Shown one piece after another: positions 16,008 to 25,105 of a stretch of 32,000 nucleotides of DNA. The notes under the pieces are model-generated. The model saw nothing but the letters and a program-made list of their open reading frames with translations, was not told the origin of the DNA and did not search any database. The stretch's first letter is position 1, and every line of letters starts with the position of its first letter. Origin of the DNA: Gemmata obscuriglobus (GTDB lineage: Bacteria > Planctomycetota > Planctomycetia > Gemmatales > Gemmataceae). The stretch covers positions 60,001 through 92,000 of the forward strand of contig NZ_CP042911.1 in the NCBI RefSeq assembly GCF_008065095.1, written 5' to 3'. A program made the position numbers and the translations under genes.

Positions 16008-16526
16008 TCAGGGGACGGTGCCCGGTGGGGGCGCGCTGGCCTTGTCCTCGGGCTTCTCTTTCGGTTCGGGCCGAGGGCCGTACACCTTTACCAGCGCTCG
16101 CTCCAGAGTGTGAAGCACCACGTTGCCGTTCACCGGCTTCGGGATCACGCTGTACACTTGCGCCGCGAACGCCTGACGAATCAGGTCGTTGGTCGCGTCC
16201 GCCGTCATCAGCACCGCGGGCAGCAACCGGTCCAGCGTCTGACGGATCACCGCGAACGCCTCCAGGCCGGTCAGCCGGGGCATGTGCATGTCGATCAGCA
16301 CAAGGTGGACGAGGTCTACCTGCACCAACTCGACGGCCTGGCTGCCGTCCGCCGCGAGCATCGTGCGGAACCCGCGACGGTCGAGCATCTCGGCGAGTGC
16401 TTCGCGCGTCCCGCGGTCGTCGTCGGCGATCAGAATAGAAAACCGGGTTTCACACGGCGCGCACTCAGCCTTCGGCGGTTCGGTTTTCGTCGGTTCGCCC
16501 TCAGTGGGGCGGGGTACGGGCAGCAT
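16008..16526 (-). CDS. Single-domain CheY-like response regulator (REC only)
   Basis: Has the acidic pocket ILIADDD, the phospho-acceptor LVLIDMHMP, T in LMTAD and K in VIPKP. ATG 16526 has GGGAG 9 nt upstream. GTG 16535 is the alternative start. The stop lies 35 bp upstream of groES. Confidence 0.88.
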   Translation of the reverse strand: MLPVPRPTEGEPTKTEPPKAECAPCETRFSILIADDDRGTREALAEMLDRRGFRTMLAADGSQAVELVQVDLVHLVLIDMHMPRLTGLEAFAVIRQTLDRLLPAVLMTADATNDLIRQAFAAQVYSVIPKPVNGNVVLHTLERALVKVYGPRPEPKEKPEDKASAPPPGTVP

Positions 16527-16967
16527 GGCTTGCACCTCCCTGCACGCGCACCAACCGGGGCTGACGGCAACGACGCATGGAAGGAATAGTGGGATCTAAA
16601 GCTGCAAACGAGGTGCCGAAGCATACAGGAGAGAGCAGCCTCAGCAGTAACCGCTGAAAGATACGTCAGATGCGCACGAGAAGTCAAGCCAGACGAGGGC
16701 AAATGAAGTCCGAGAAACTGCCAGGACTTCCGCTCCTGCTGACACGATGACAGGGCGCGACAGGCGACGCAAAGTGAAGGTATCGAATCCGCGCGAGCGC
16801 GGTCGTTCACCCATTGCACGGGCCGGGGGCACCAGTTACTATGTCCGCGGTTTAATTAATGCCCGAGCGAACCTGACAAGCCTGATCACCGTCACAGTAC
16901 TTTGCCGCTCCACCGCGTCATAATCGACTGTGGCGACAGTCACGAACGCTCCTCAGCGAGTGAATTG

Positions 16968-17684
16968 ATGTCCACTTCGCCCGACGTTGCCCCGTTCGCA
17001 ACAATCCTGGCCGACTTGGCCAGCGACCTCCGCCGTGGGACATGTTGCTTGGTGGTGGGTGACAAGGGGTGGACATTACCGCTGTACGTCGGACTCAAAC
17101 AGCGCTTACAGGCCGTCAACACTCGGATCGGATATCTCGACGGACGAGTCAAAGACAAAGAGGCGGCGGGAGCAGAAAGTGGAGTGATGCTGGCGGCCGT
17201 CGCTCAAATGCGCTGGGCGGCTCGCGCTCCTGAAGCAGAAAACGTCGTGTTCGCTCTTCCGCACCTCGACATTATGACGGCTGTCGAGGGAGGGTGGACG
17301 TCAATCTCGCGCGAAGTCATCCCCTTGCTCTACGAGAACATCAATTCCGTTTGGCTCGGGTTCCAGGACCCGTCCGTGACTCTACCCGCACTCGTCGAGA
17401 AAGTGTTTACACGGCGGTATTTCATTGAGGTGCCGTTTCGCACACTCGAAACGGCGGGCACCGTCACGACCAAAGAACCCGATCCCGCAGCACCCGCAGA
17501 CGCCGCCTTCCAGTCAATTCACCATCCAGAAGGCCCGACCATTCGATCAGAACCCGACGCCCATCGTGACCCCAATGCCGTCACTTATTCGTGGGAGCCT
17601 CGGACCGGTGCGTTGCGCGACGATACGCCCGTGAACCCCACCGAGCCCCCTGATTCCTCTACTTCTTCAACCGCTCAGGACTGA
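16968..17684 (+). CDS. Hypothetical protein, possibly a degenerate P-loop/AAA-like fold with a Pro/Thr-rich tail
   Basis: Comes from ORF 16902..17684 (TTG), trimmed to ATG 16968. CCLVVGDKGWTLPL sits where a Walker A motif would be but lacks GK[ST]. VVFALPHLDIM resembles a Walker B strand without the DE. This is a weak assignment made by eye. Confidence 0.55.
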   Translation: MSTSPDVAPFATILADLASDLRRGTCCLVVGDKGWTLPLYVGLKQRLQAVNTRIGYLDGRVKDKEAAGAESGVMLAAVAQMRWAARAPEAENVVFALPHLDIMTAVEGGWTSISREVIPLLYENINSVWLGFQDPSVTLPALVEKVFTRRYFIEVPFRTLETAGTVTTKEPDPAAPADAAFQSIHHPEGPTIRSEPDAHRDPNAVTYSWEPRTGALRDDTPVNPTEPPDSSTSSTAQD

Positions 17685-18759
17685 AATCGGCGTCTGTCAG
17701 GTTCGCCGGCGACTTGATTTTCTCGAACAGGTAGTACTCGTTTTCCTTCCCGCTTGCATCAGCCGCCACAATGAGGACGGGCAACCCGCGAGACGGCGAA
17801 TTCTCCTGGAGGTCGAAGAAGTACGTTCGCGTGCCGCCGTTGCCTAAGATTGGATCGTCGCCCGATTGCACGTTATGAGCGATCGCCGTTAACGGGTGTG
17901 CGTACTCGTTGCGTTTGACTGGCCCGTGGAATGTGAGGGCGTCTGCGGGCAATTTTCCGTCGTCAATTTTCGCAACCGTGTCACCCAACCGCGCGAGGTG
18001 GCGCCCGAACCCGGCATCGCGAATACTGTACCGCGACTTATCCTTAACCATGGGGCTGTCGGGCGAGACCGGTGGGGCGAGCCGACCCGCCTTTAACAGT
18101 GGGTGGTCATCTTTCCCAACCTTGACGTAAATCTTGTCCTCGTGTTTGCTCGGGTTGTACACGATCTCACGACCTTTGCCTTTTTCGCTGAGCACGCGAG
18201 TGAAAACCGCCATCGGCTCACGCCGGTACTGAAACAGCACCACCTCGTTGATCAGCGCGCCTTGCGGGCTCACTTCCCGCTTGGTCAGCATACCCTCAAA
18301 CGTGTCCACCGCTTTCCACGCGGCGTTTGCTGTGGCGAGAACGGCTTTCACTTCCGAGAGCCCCTTCGCGGACGAGGGCGCTTTTTTAGAATCAGGTGAT
18401 TTCGGTGCGTTGGCGTGTTTGGGCGCGAACGGCGATGGCATCGTTCCCGGCTTCGGTTCCGGACGCTTACGCAGCGGCGGGAAGCCGTTTGGGTCGTCAA
18501 GTTCGCTCGGCGGATCGGTTTTGGCCGCCGATTCTGACAGCGTGCCACGCGGCGGCACAACAGGGCTGTCATCGGCACCGGAGGTCGTAACCGGGGCCGG
18601 CGCCCCGAGTACAAGATCAGACTGGTTCGCGAGTGGTTTAGACGAGAACGGTCGTTGCCGGTCGCTCTCGCGTGCGAACGGCCCTTGCGCACGAGAGTGA
18701 TATTTCGTGCAACCCGCCAACAGGGCCACAAGCGTACAGAACGCGAACGTGCGAATCAT
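17659..18759 (-). CDS. Lipoprotein, possibly with a DUF1571/LolA-like C-terminal domain
   Basis: Comes from ORF 17659..18783, trimmed to ATG 18759. The signal peptide MIRTFAFCTLVALLAGC carries an LAGC lipobox. A low-complexity Pro/Ser linker precedes a globular C-terminal domain. The DUF1571 call rests on memory only. Confidence 0.75.
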   Translation of the reverse strand: MIRTFAFCTLVALLAGCTKYHSRAQGPFARESDRQRPFSSKPLANQSDLVLGAPAPVTTSGADDSPVVPPRGTLSESAAKTDPPSELDDPNGFPPLRKRPEPKPGTMPSPFAPKHANAPKSPDSKKAPSSAKGLSEVKAVLATANAAWKAVDTFEGMLTKREVSPQGALINEVVLFQYRREPMAVFTRVLSEKGKGREIVYNPSKHEDKIYVKVGKDDHPLLKAGRLAPPVSPDSPMVKDKSRYSIRDAGFGRHLARLGDTVAKIDDGKLPADALTFHGPVKRNEYAHPLTAIAHNVQSGDDPILGNGGTRTYFFDLQENSPSRGLPVLIVAADASGKENEYYLFEKIKSPANLTDADFSPERLKK

Positions 18760-19014
18760 GGGTGCATCCTGCGGGCCAAGCAACCTTCACCCGGCACCAT
18801 ACCGCGGTCGAGTGTCACGAGACAAGGTGAGGGCGAGCGACACCCGTGACAGCGGATCGGAACGAGCCCGAAGAGAGTGAAACACCGGAGAATTTGGCCG
18901 CAAACGCCACAGTTTGATTTCGTTTGCGAGCTTGACCCGTCAGAGCTGCTTCGCTGATTTTCCCCACTTGTGGTATTTTACCCCGGACCCGTCGGGCGCC
19001 AGCCTTCCCGCTGC

Positions 19015-19395
19015 TTACTTCTTGTACACAGCCTTCGGATCGAAGATCCGCTCCGCAACCACCTTCAACTCTGTACCGTCGAGTTGGCGGAAAAAGCAGC
19101 TTTTGTAGCCCTCATGACAGGCCGCGCCGCCGAGCTGGGTCACTTTAAGCAGCACGGTGTCGGCGTCACAATCGACGAAGATCCCCTTCACCTCTTGGAC
19201 GTGCCCGCTCTCCTCACCCTTGCGCCACAATTTGTTACGGCTGCGGCTGAAATAGACCGCCCGACCTGTGCGGACGGTCTCCTCGAAGGCTTCGCGGTTC
19301 ATCCACGCGAGCATCAGCACTTCGCCCGTGTCTGCGTCCTGGGCCACAGCGGGCACCAGACCGCCGGCCTTATCAAAGTCCAGTGTGGTATTCAT
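19015..19395 (-). CDS. hisI: Phosphoribosyl-AMP cyclohydrolase
   Basis: Motifs: [43 protein letters not shown] and [11 protein letters not shown]...[12 protein letters not shown]. Confidence 0.93.
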   Translation of the reverse strand: MNTTLDFDKAGGLVPAVAQDADTGEVLMLAWMNREAFEETVRTGRAVYFSRSRNKLWRKGEESGHVQEVKGIFVDCDADTVLLKVTQLGGAACHEGYKSCFFRQLDGTELKVVAERIFDPKAVYKK

Positions 19396-19522
19396 GAAGC
19401 TGTTGTATCAGATCCGCCGCCTCCGTTTTGCGCCGGAGTGATCCACAGCGGATGGCCAAAACGAATGCGGCGTCTTCGTACCAGTGCGCCGTTTCAACTT
19501 GGGTTCTCGTAGCCGCTTGCAC

Positions 19523-20170
19523 TCAATCTTCTCGGCCGTTCGAGCCGCGTGCGTTTTCTTCGAACGCCAACGACACCACTGGGTTGGCGAGTGCCACAAG
19601 GCCCCAAACACCGAACACGACCGGAACAAACGCGAACACGCACGCGAAGGGGAACAAAACCACCGACGAGATGCCACCGATCGATGCGATCATGGCCCAG
19701 CCGTAGCCGGACAGCGCGCGCATCTTGCGCCCGCCAACGACCATCACCACCGCGTAAGGGATCGCACTCAGCCCAGAAATGAGTGCGAGGACGATTCCCG
19801 TTATTTCGTCGTCATTGTTAGCGTTCGGATTGTTTTTGGCGCCGGCACTCACCAGCAGCCAGAACATTGCCCCGCCCATCAGTACCAGCGCGCCGATCCA
19901 CCCGCACAGTTCTAGCCAGAGACCCGGGAAGTACACCACCTCCCTCGCTTCCTGCCGGTCATCCCGGCGCCGCCGGCGCCGCCGTGGGCGGTCCTCATCG
20001 CGGTCATTCCGGTCGTCGTACCGGCGCCGCTCGTCCACCTCAAATGCGGCCGGGGAGGCCTCACCGGGCACGAACTCGGTCGCGCAATGTGGGCACCGCA
20101 CGGTCCAATCGCGATAGCTCGGGTCTACCTCTAACGCGCGGTTGCACGACGGACAGCTTACGGTGGGCAT
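19523..20170 (-). CDS. Zinc-ribbon membrane protein (hypothetical)
   Basis: Comes from ORF 19523..20311, trimmed to ATG 20170. It has an N-terminal CPSC...CPHC zinc ribbon, an Arg/Asp-rich linker and four hydrophobic segments. It lies 17 bp downstream of apt. Confidence 0.7.
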   Translation of the reverse strand: MPTVSCPSCNRALEVDPSYRDWTVRCPHCATEFVPGEASPAAFEVDERRRYDDRNDRDEDRPRRRRRRRDDRQEAREVVYFPGLWLELCGWIGALVLMGGAMFWLLVSAGAKNNPNANNDDEITGIVLALISGLSAIPYAVVMVVGGRKMRALSGYGWAMIASIGGISSVVLFPFACVFAFVPVVFGVWGLVALANPVVSLAFEENARGSNGRED

Positions 20171-20187
20171 GTGTTGAAGCTGTAAGG

Positions 20188-20700
20188 TCAGTAAGAGATG
20201 AGGCTGAACACCTCGTACCCCGTGAGCGGGGCGCGACCGTTCAGAAACGACAACTCGATCAAGAACGCACAGCCGGCCACAACCCCGCCGGCCTGCTCCA
20301 CGAGTTTGCACGCCGCGGCCATCGTGCCACCGGTCGCGAGCACATCGTCCACGATCAGCACGCGCGCGCCGGGGGAGATGGCATCCGTGTGGACGTGCAA
20401 CTCGGCCGAACCGTACTCGAGGTCGTATCTGAAACTGTGGGTGGCTCCGGGCAGTTTACCGGGCTTGCGAAGCGGCACGAGCGGTTTCTTCAGCGCCAGC
20501 GCCATCGGCGCCGCGAACAGGAACCCGCGGGCCTCGGCCGCAGCCAGCACGTCGATCCGGTCGGCGGGGTAGTGCCCGGCCAGCCGCTCGATCGCGAGCG
20601 CGAACGCCGCGGGGGTGCCGAGCAGCGGCATGATATCCTTGAACAAGATGCCGGGCTTCGGGAAGTCCGGGACGTCGCGGATGTAGGCGGTCAGGTCCAT
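20188..20700 (-). CDS. apt: Adenine phosphoribosyltransferase
   Basis: Motifs: DFPKPGILFKDI and the PRPP-binding motif VLIVDDVLATGGT. 170 aa. Confidence 0.95.
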   Translation of the reverse strand: MDLTAYIRDVPDFPKPGILFKDIMPLLGTPAAFALAIERLAGHYPADRIDVLAAAEARGFLFAAPMALALKKPLVPLRKPGKLPGATHSFRYDLEYGSAELHVHTDAISPGARVLIVDDVLATGGTMAAACKLVEQAGGVVAGCAFLIELSFLNGRAPLTGYEVFSLISY

Positions 20701-20828
20701 CGCGGACTCCGGTGCGTTCCACGGTCCGGGCTTCGTGCGGGCACCCGGAGCGGGCGGGGGAACTCCGTCTTGTCTTAGTGTACCGCACCGAAACGGGAAG
20801 AACCGCTTGCCGGCACAGGGGCAGAGAC

Positions 20829-21308
20829 ATGAGCGTAACGATCCGCCGTGCGACGGCTCACGACGAAGCGGTGCTGGTCGCCTTTAACACACTGATCGCA
20901 TGGGAAACGGAGCACAAGCGGCTCGACTCGGCGGTGCTTGCGTCCGGGGTGCGGGCGGTGCTCGCGGACCCGGCGCGCGGGTTCTACACGGTCGCCGAAC
21001 TGAACGGCGAGGTCGTCGGCCAGATGATGATCACGTTCGAGTGGAGCGACTGGCGCAACGGCTGGTTCTGGTGGATTCAGAGCGTCTACGTGAGCGAACC
21101 GGCGCGGCGCGGCGGCGTGTTTCGAGCGCTGTACCGCGCGATCGAGCGGCAAGCCGCGGCCGACCCAACGGTGATCGGACTGCGGCTGTATTTCGAGCGC
21201 GACAACACACGCGCACAGGCCACGTACCGCGCCATCGGAATGGCCGACACTGCTTACGGGCTGATGGAAGTCTACCCGCTACCGGGGCGCGACTCGCACG
21301 TGAGCTGA
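20829..21308 (+). CDS. GNAT-family N-acetyltransferase
   Basis: Comes from ORF 20712..21308, trimmed to ATG 20829. The acetyl-CoA motif is IQSVYVSEPARRGGVFRALY (Q/R-x-x-G-x-G/A-like). 159 aa. Confidence 0.85.
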   Translation: MSVTIRRATAHDEAVLVAFNTLIAWETEHKRLDSAVLASGVRAVLADPARGFYTVAELNGEVVGQMMITFEWSDWRNGWFWWIQSVYVSEPARRGGVFRALYRAIERQAAADPTVIGLRLYFERDNTRAQATYRAIGMADTAYGLMEVYPLPGRDSHVS

Positions 21309-21311
21309 GAC

Positions 21312-21644
21312 ATGGTGCCGCTGTTCCCGGAGAGCTGGTTCGCGGCCGGCGTGGCATGCGCCGAAAGCGCGGAATACTTCGCCCGGTGCGCGGGACACGC
21401 GCCCGAGCGGCCGGTGCGGTTTTGGCGCTGGGCCGCCTTTCGCGACTGGTCTGAGGAACGCGAGGAACTGACCGCCGAGCAGTGTCAAGCAGTGTACGCG
21501 CTCGGTGAAGCGGACCCCGACACAAACTTGGGTACGGCGATGATGTGCCACGCGCTGCTCCGCCGACGGTGCCCGCCCGACTTACGCGCCCGGGCGCGGG
21601 GGAGTGATCGGGCCGCCGTCCGGCGCACGGCGGCACTCCGCTGA
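21312..21644 (+). CDS. Hypothetical protein, 110 aa
   Basis: The ATG lies 3 nt after the GNAT stop, which suggests coupling. I see no RBS or recognisable domain, and the C-terminus is Arg-rich. It may be spurious. Confidence 0.4.
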   Translation: MVPLFPESWFAAGVACAESAEYFARCAGHAPERPVRFWRWAAFRDWSEEREELTAEQCQAVYALGEADPDTNLGTAMMCHALLRRRCPPDLRARARGSDRAAVRRTAALR

Positions 21645-21646
21645 GC

Positions 21647-24600
21647 TCACCAGGCGAGCCGGTAGCGCCCGAGTTGCCCTCGCAGCTTGTCGATGTCCCA
21701 CACGCGCACGGCTCGCTCCTGGGTAATCTGGACGAGCAATCGGTTGTCCACGGGGTGAAATTGAAGCCCGCTCACCGGGCCGGCCAAATCGGGGACCGCG
21801 AACAGCAGCTCGAACCGCTCGCCTGTCCGCTTCCACAACTTCACCGTGCGGTCGCGCCCGCTGGTCGCGAGCAACTCGTTGCTGTGGTTCAAACACACCG
21901 CCGTCACCTCATCCGCGTGGGCCGACAGGGCCGGCAGTTCCTGGCGATCCGACGGACGAATCATCCGCACCTTACCGCTCTGTGTTCCCCCGACGATCAG
22001 CCCGTCGTCCGGGGCAACCGCCAGCGCGCGAACCGGATCACCCGGGTTCGGCACGCCGAACAGCCACGAACCCTTTTCCGGGTCGAGCACGTGAACCGTT
22101 CCGCTGCGCCCGCCCGCCGCCACCACCCGGCGGCCAACAGCAAGCGCGTCCAAACTCGCCAGACCACTCGTGTGACGCTCGACCCAGTTGCTCCAAGTGG
22201 TACGCGTCTGCCCCTTTGCATCGAACGAATGAACGCTACTGCCCCCGACGATCGCCCACATCGGGGCCGAGGTGTCGCCACTGTTGGGGGCGAACCGCGG
22301 GCACCACGTAATGTCGGTGGTGAACCCCGGTACGGGGACGGCTGCGGAAGGCTTCCAGCGGATTATTCCAGGTGTTTGCGTGGTCACCGCCACCCATCCT
22401 GCCGGCGCAAGTGCCACCCCGGCGCGGCCGTTGCCACCGCGCGAGGCGAACCAGAACGCTTTGCTCGGGGCGCCTGCCGCTCCGAGCAGCAGTTCGCGGC
22501 GTGCGCCGACCGGTTCCGTCAGGGCGACGATTTGCCCTCCCGTGCCGAACGTCGCCGCCGCAACCGGGGACGAATTGACGCACGCGAACTGCTGCGCCGC
22601 CCCGGTCTGGAACGCCCACCGCGCGATGTGTTCGTTGCCCGTAGCAAGCAGCGTGCTACCGTCGGCCGACCACGTGACTGCGATCGGCCCTGCACCTTTC
22701 ACCAGCACGGTCCCGATCAAACGGCCCGACGCCAGCTCCCACACCCGCAGCGTGCGATCCGTGTCGCCCGAACAGGTCGCGACGAATGCGCCCGACGGGT
22801 GCACCGCGATCGTGCGGACGTAGTCCTGGTGGATGCCCCGGCGCAGCTCAGGGGTGACGAACCGGTCGAGCGCCGTCAAATCGGCTGACGTGTGCATGTC
22901 CAGATTGTGACGGGTGCCCACAAGCAGCACGCCGGAGTTAGCGGCTGCGAGCCGCCAAACCTCGTCGTTCGGGGCCGTGTGGACCAATTTGTGGTCCGCG
23001 CTCCAGCGGCGCAACTCGTTCCCGTCGCCGGTGATCAGCCCTCCCCCGCTCATCACCGCGAACGAGTTGATCGGAGTGTTTCCGGACGGCTCCAGCTTGG
23101 TGATCAACTTACCGGTGACCGCATCCCACGCGAACACCGGCTTCTCGGGCCGGCACAGCCCGTACACAATTTTGCCGTCCGGCGACACCTCGAGTTGCTC
23201 AACCGTGCGCGCGGACGCCTTCCACCGCAGCGGTTCGCTCCCGGGGCGATCGAGATCGAACCGGATGACCTCGGAGTTGCGAGTGCCCACAAACAATTTT
23301 GTTCCGTCCGGGCTGAACACCAGCGCGCGGATGCTATCGGGTACGGGAGTGTTGTTGGAATCGACCGCCGCTCCGGCCGTGAACGACAGCTCACGAACCA
23401 AGGTGCCGGTCGCCGGAGTAATGAGCCGGACGTGCGCTTTGAGGGGCGCCCGGGTGAGGTACTCGCCGACCGCGACCAATCCGCTTTTGGGATCCGTGGC
23501 GACAGCCGATGCGTCGAAGCCCTTCTGCACGGCGTCGAGTGGTTTAAGATCAGGAGCGAGCAGCGCGACCGCCGCGACGGTGCGCAGCTCGCCGAGCACT
23601 TGCGTGTCGCCGCCGGCAAGAGCGACACCCTTCAGTAACTCCGCGCGGTTCTGACGCGCCCAGGACAGCGGCCGGTTGGCGGCCCGGACCGTTTGCAGCG
23701 CGACCAGCTCGCGCACCGCGGCGATGTCTCGCGCGCGTTGCATCTCGCGGCCCTCGGCCTCCTTGTTTTGCTGGGCGATTCGGGCAAGGTCCTCGCGTGC
23801 GGTTGCCTCGTCCTCACGCGCCTTGGAGGTTTCCGCGAGCGCCCGGGCTTCGGCCTCGCGCGCCCGGGCTTCGGCCTCGCGCGCCGCGCTCGTGTTAATT
23901 CGTTCGATGGCCCACGCCGCAGCCGATGGCACCACGAACAGCATTGCGGCGAGCGCCGCTGCGGCCGGGCGGCGCCGCGCCCACCGGTACGCGCGTGCGG
24001 GGATACCAATGGGGCGCACGCTTACCGGAAGCCCCGCGACAAAGCGGCGCAGGTCGGCCGCGAGCGCCGCCGCCGTCGGGTAGCGGTGCTGCGGTTCCTT
24101 TTCCAGGCACTTGAGGCAGATCAACTCGAGGTCGCGGGGGACCGTGGGAGCCAAGTCACGAAGCGCCGGCACGGGCGTGCTGACCACCTGCTGAACGACC
24201 GCGAACGCGTCATCGCCGCGGAACAACAGGCGCCCGGTCAGGCACTCGAACAGCACCGCTCCGAGGGAGTAGATGTCGGCAGCCGGACCGACGTACGCAC
24301 CCCCGCCGGCCTGCTCCGGGGCCATGTACGCGGGCGTTCCCCGGAGGTCCTGGGTCCGCGTCAGGTCGAACGCGAGGCGCTTTGCCAGCCCGAAATCAGT
24401 CACCTTGGGGCAAAAGTCAGAAAGTGGTGGCGCCGCCGTACCTGACGCGCCCGCTCCGGTGGCGCCCTTCGAACTGGTCACTTGCGCCAGCAGAATGTTG
24501 GCCGGTTTGATGTCGCGGTGAACGATGTCCGCGTCGTGCGCCGCTTTGAGCCCGTCAGCGAGAGCAGCAATCAGTAGCGCAGCCTCGGCCGGGGCGATCG

Positions 24601-25105
24601 TCTTCCGCTCGTTAAGATGTTGTGCCAAGCTGCCGCCCGCGATGTACTCCATCGTGAAGTACGGGAGCGGGGAACCGGGCGGGCACAGCTCATGAACCTG
24701 GATCACGTTCGGGTGCTGCACCGCGGCGACCGCCTCGGCCTCGGCCCGGAACCGCGCGACCTGCCCCGGGGACGGGATGTCGGCCGTGCGGATCATTTTG
24801 AGCGCAACAGTGCGGTTCAACTTCGTGTCGCGCGCCTTGTACACCACGCCCATCCCGCCGTGCCCGAGTTCGCGCTCGATTTCGTACCCGGGGATGTGCG
24901 GAAAGCCGTTTGCGGGCAGAGCCGGGACCGCACGCACCGCGCCATGAAGGGCGCGGAACAGTGACTCGGCCTCGGGCTCCGTCTTGCCGCCGTGCGGCGT
25001 TGACTCGGCACCGTGCGAAGGAAGTGGTCCGTCCGACACTTGTGGCTGGTTTTGAGGGGCTTCGGCCGGCACGGTGCGCTCCGTTATACGAGAGAGCGGA
25101 ATCAC
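21647..25105 (-). CDS. Transmembrane Ser/Thr protein kinase with a coiled coil and a C-terminal WD40/beta-propeller region
   Basis: Kinase motifs: GHGGMGVVYKA, VALKMI, HRDIKPANILL, DFGLA and YMAPEQ. After the kinase domain come a transmembrane segment (AAALAAMLFVVPSAAAWAI), an AREAEAR coiled coil and about 650 aa of WD-like repeats. There is no ATG near the N-terminus. I chose GTG 25105, which overlaps the upstream stop as GTGA. TTG 25126 and GTG 25072 are alternatives. Confidence 0.92.
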   Translation of the reverse strand: MIPLSRITERTVPAEAPQNQPQVSDGPLPSHGAESTPHGGKTEPEAESLFRALHGAVRAVPALPANGFPHIPGYEIERELGHGGMGVVYKARDTKLNRTVALKMIRTADIPSPGQVARFRAEAEAVAAVQHPNVIQVHELCPPGSPLPYFTMEYIAGGSLAQHLNERKTIAPAEAALLIAALADGLKAAHDADIVHRDIKPANILLAQVTSSKGATGAGASGTAAPPLSDFCPKVTDFGLAKRLAFDLTRTQDLRGTPAYMAPEQAGGGAYVGPAADIYSLGAVLFECLTGRLLFRGDDAFAVVQQVVSTPVPALRDLAPTVPRDLELICLKCLEKEPQHRYPTAAALAADLRRFVAGLPVSVRPIGIPARAYRWARRRPAAAALAAMLFVVPSAAAWAIERINTSAAREAEARAREAEARALAETSKAREDEATAREDLARIAQQNKEAEGREMQRARDIAAVRELVALQTVRAANRPLSWARQNRAELLKGVALAGGDTQVLGELRTVAAVALLAPDLKPLDAVQKGFDASAVATDPKSGLVAVGEYLTRAPLKAHVRLITPATGTLVRELSFTAGAAVDSNNTPVPDSIRALVFSPDGTKLFVGTRNSEVIRFDLDRPGSEPLRWKASARTVEQLEVSPDGKIVYGLCRPEKPVFAWDAVTGKLITKLEPSGNTPINSFAVMSGGGLITGDGNELRRWSADHKLVHTAPNDEVWRLAAANSGVLLVGTRHNLDMHTSADLTALDRFVTPELRRGIHQDYVRTIAVHPSGAFVATCSGDTDRTLRVWELASGRLIGTVLVKGAGPIAVTWSADGSTLLATGNEHIARWAFQTGAAQQFACVNSSPVAAATFGTGGQIVALTEPVGARRELLLGAAGAPSKAFWFASRGGNGRAGVALAPAGWVAVTTQTPGIIRWKPSAAVPVPGFTTDITWCPRFAPNSGDTSAPMWAIVGGSSVHSFDAKGQTRTTWSNWVERHTSGLASLDALAVGRRVVAAGGRSGTVHVLDPEKGSWLFGVPNPGDPVRALAVAPDDGLIVGGTQSGKVRMIRPSDRQELPALSAHADEVTAVCLNHSNELLATSGRDRTVKLWKRTGERFELLFAVPDLAGPVSGLQFHPVDNRLLVQITQERAVRVWDIDKLRGQLGRYRLAW
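23839..23885. repeat. 21-bp in-frame tandem duplication inside the kinase coiled coil
   Basis: GCGCCCGGGCTTCGGCCTCGC occurs at 23839-23859 and again at 23860-23880, followed by a partial third copy. It encodes AREAEAR-AREAEAR. Confidence 0.8.

Noticed and set aside
15973-16967. A CIRCE/HrcA operator or sigma32-type heat-shock promoter for groES.
   Set aside because: There is no TTAGCACTC-N9-GAGTGCTAA or close variant by eye. I could not support any specific promoter here.
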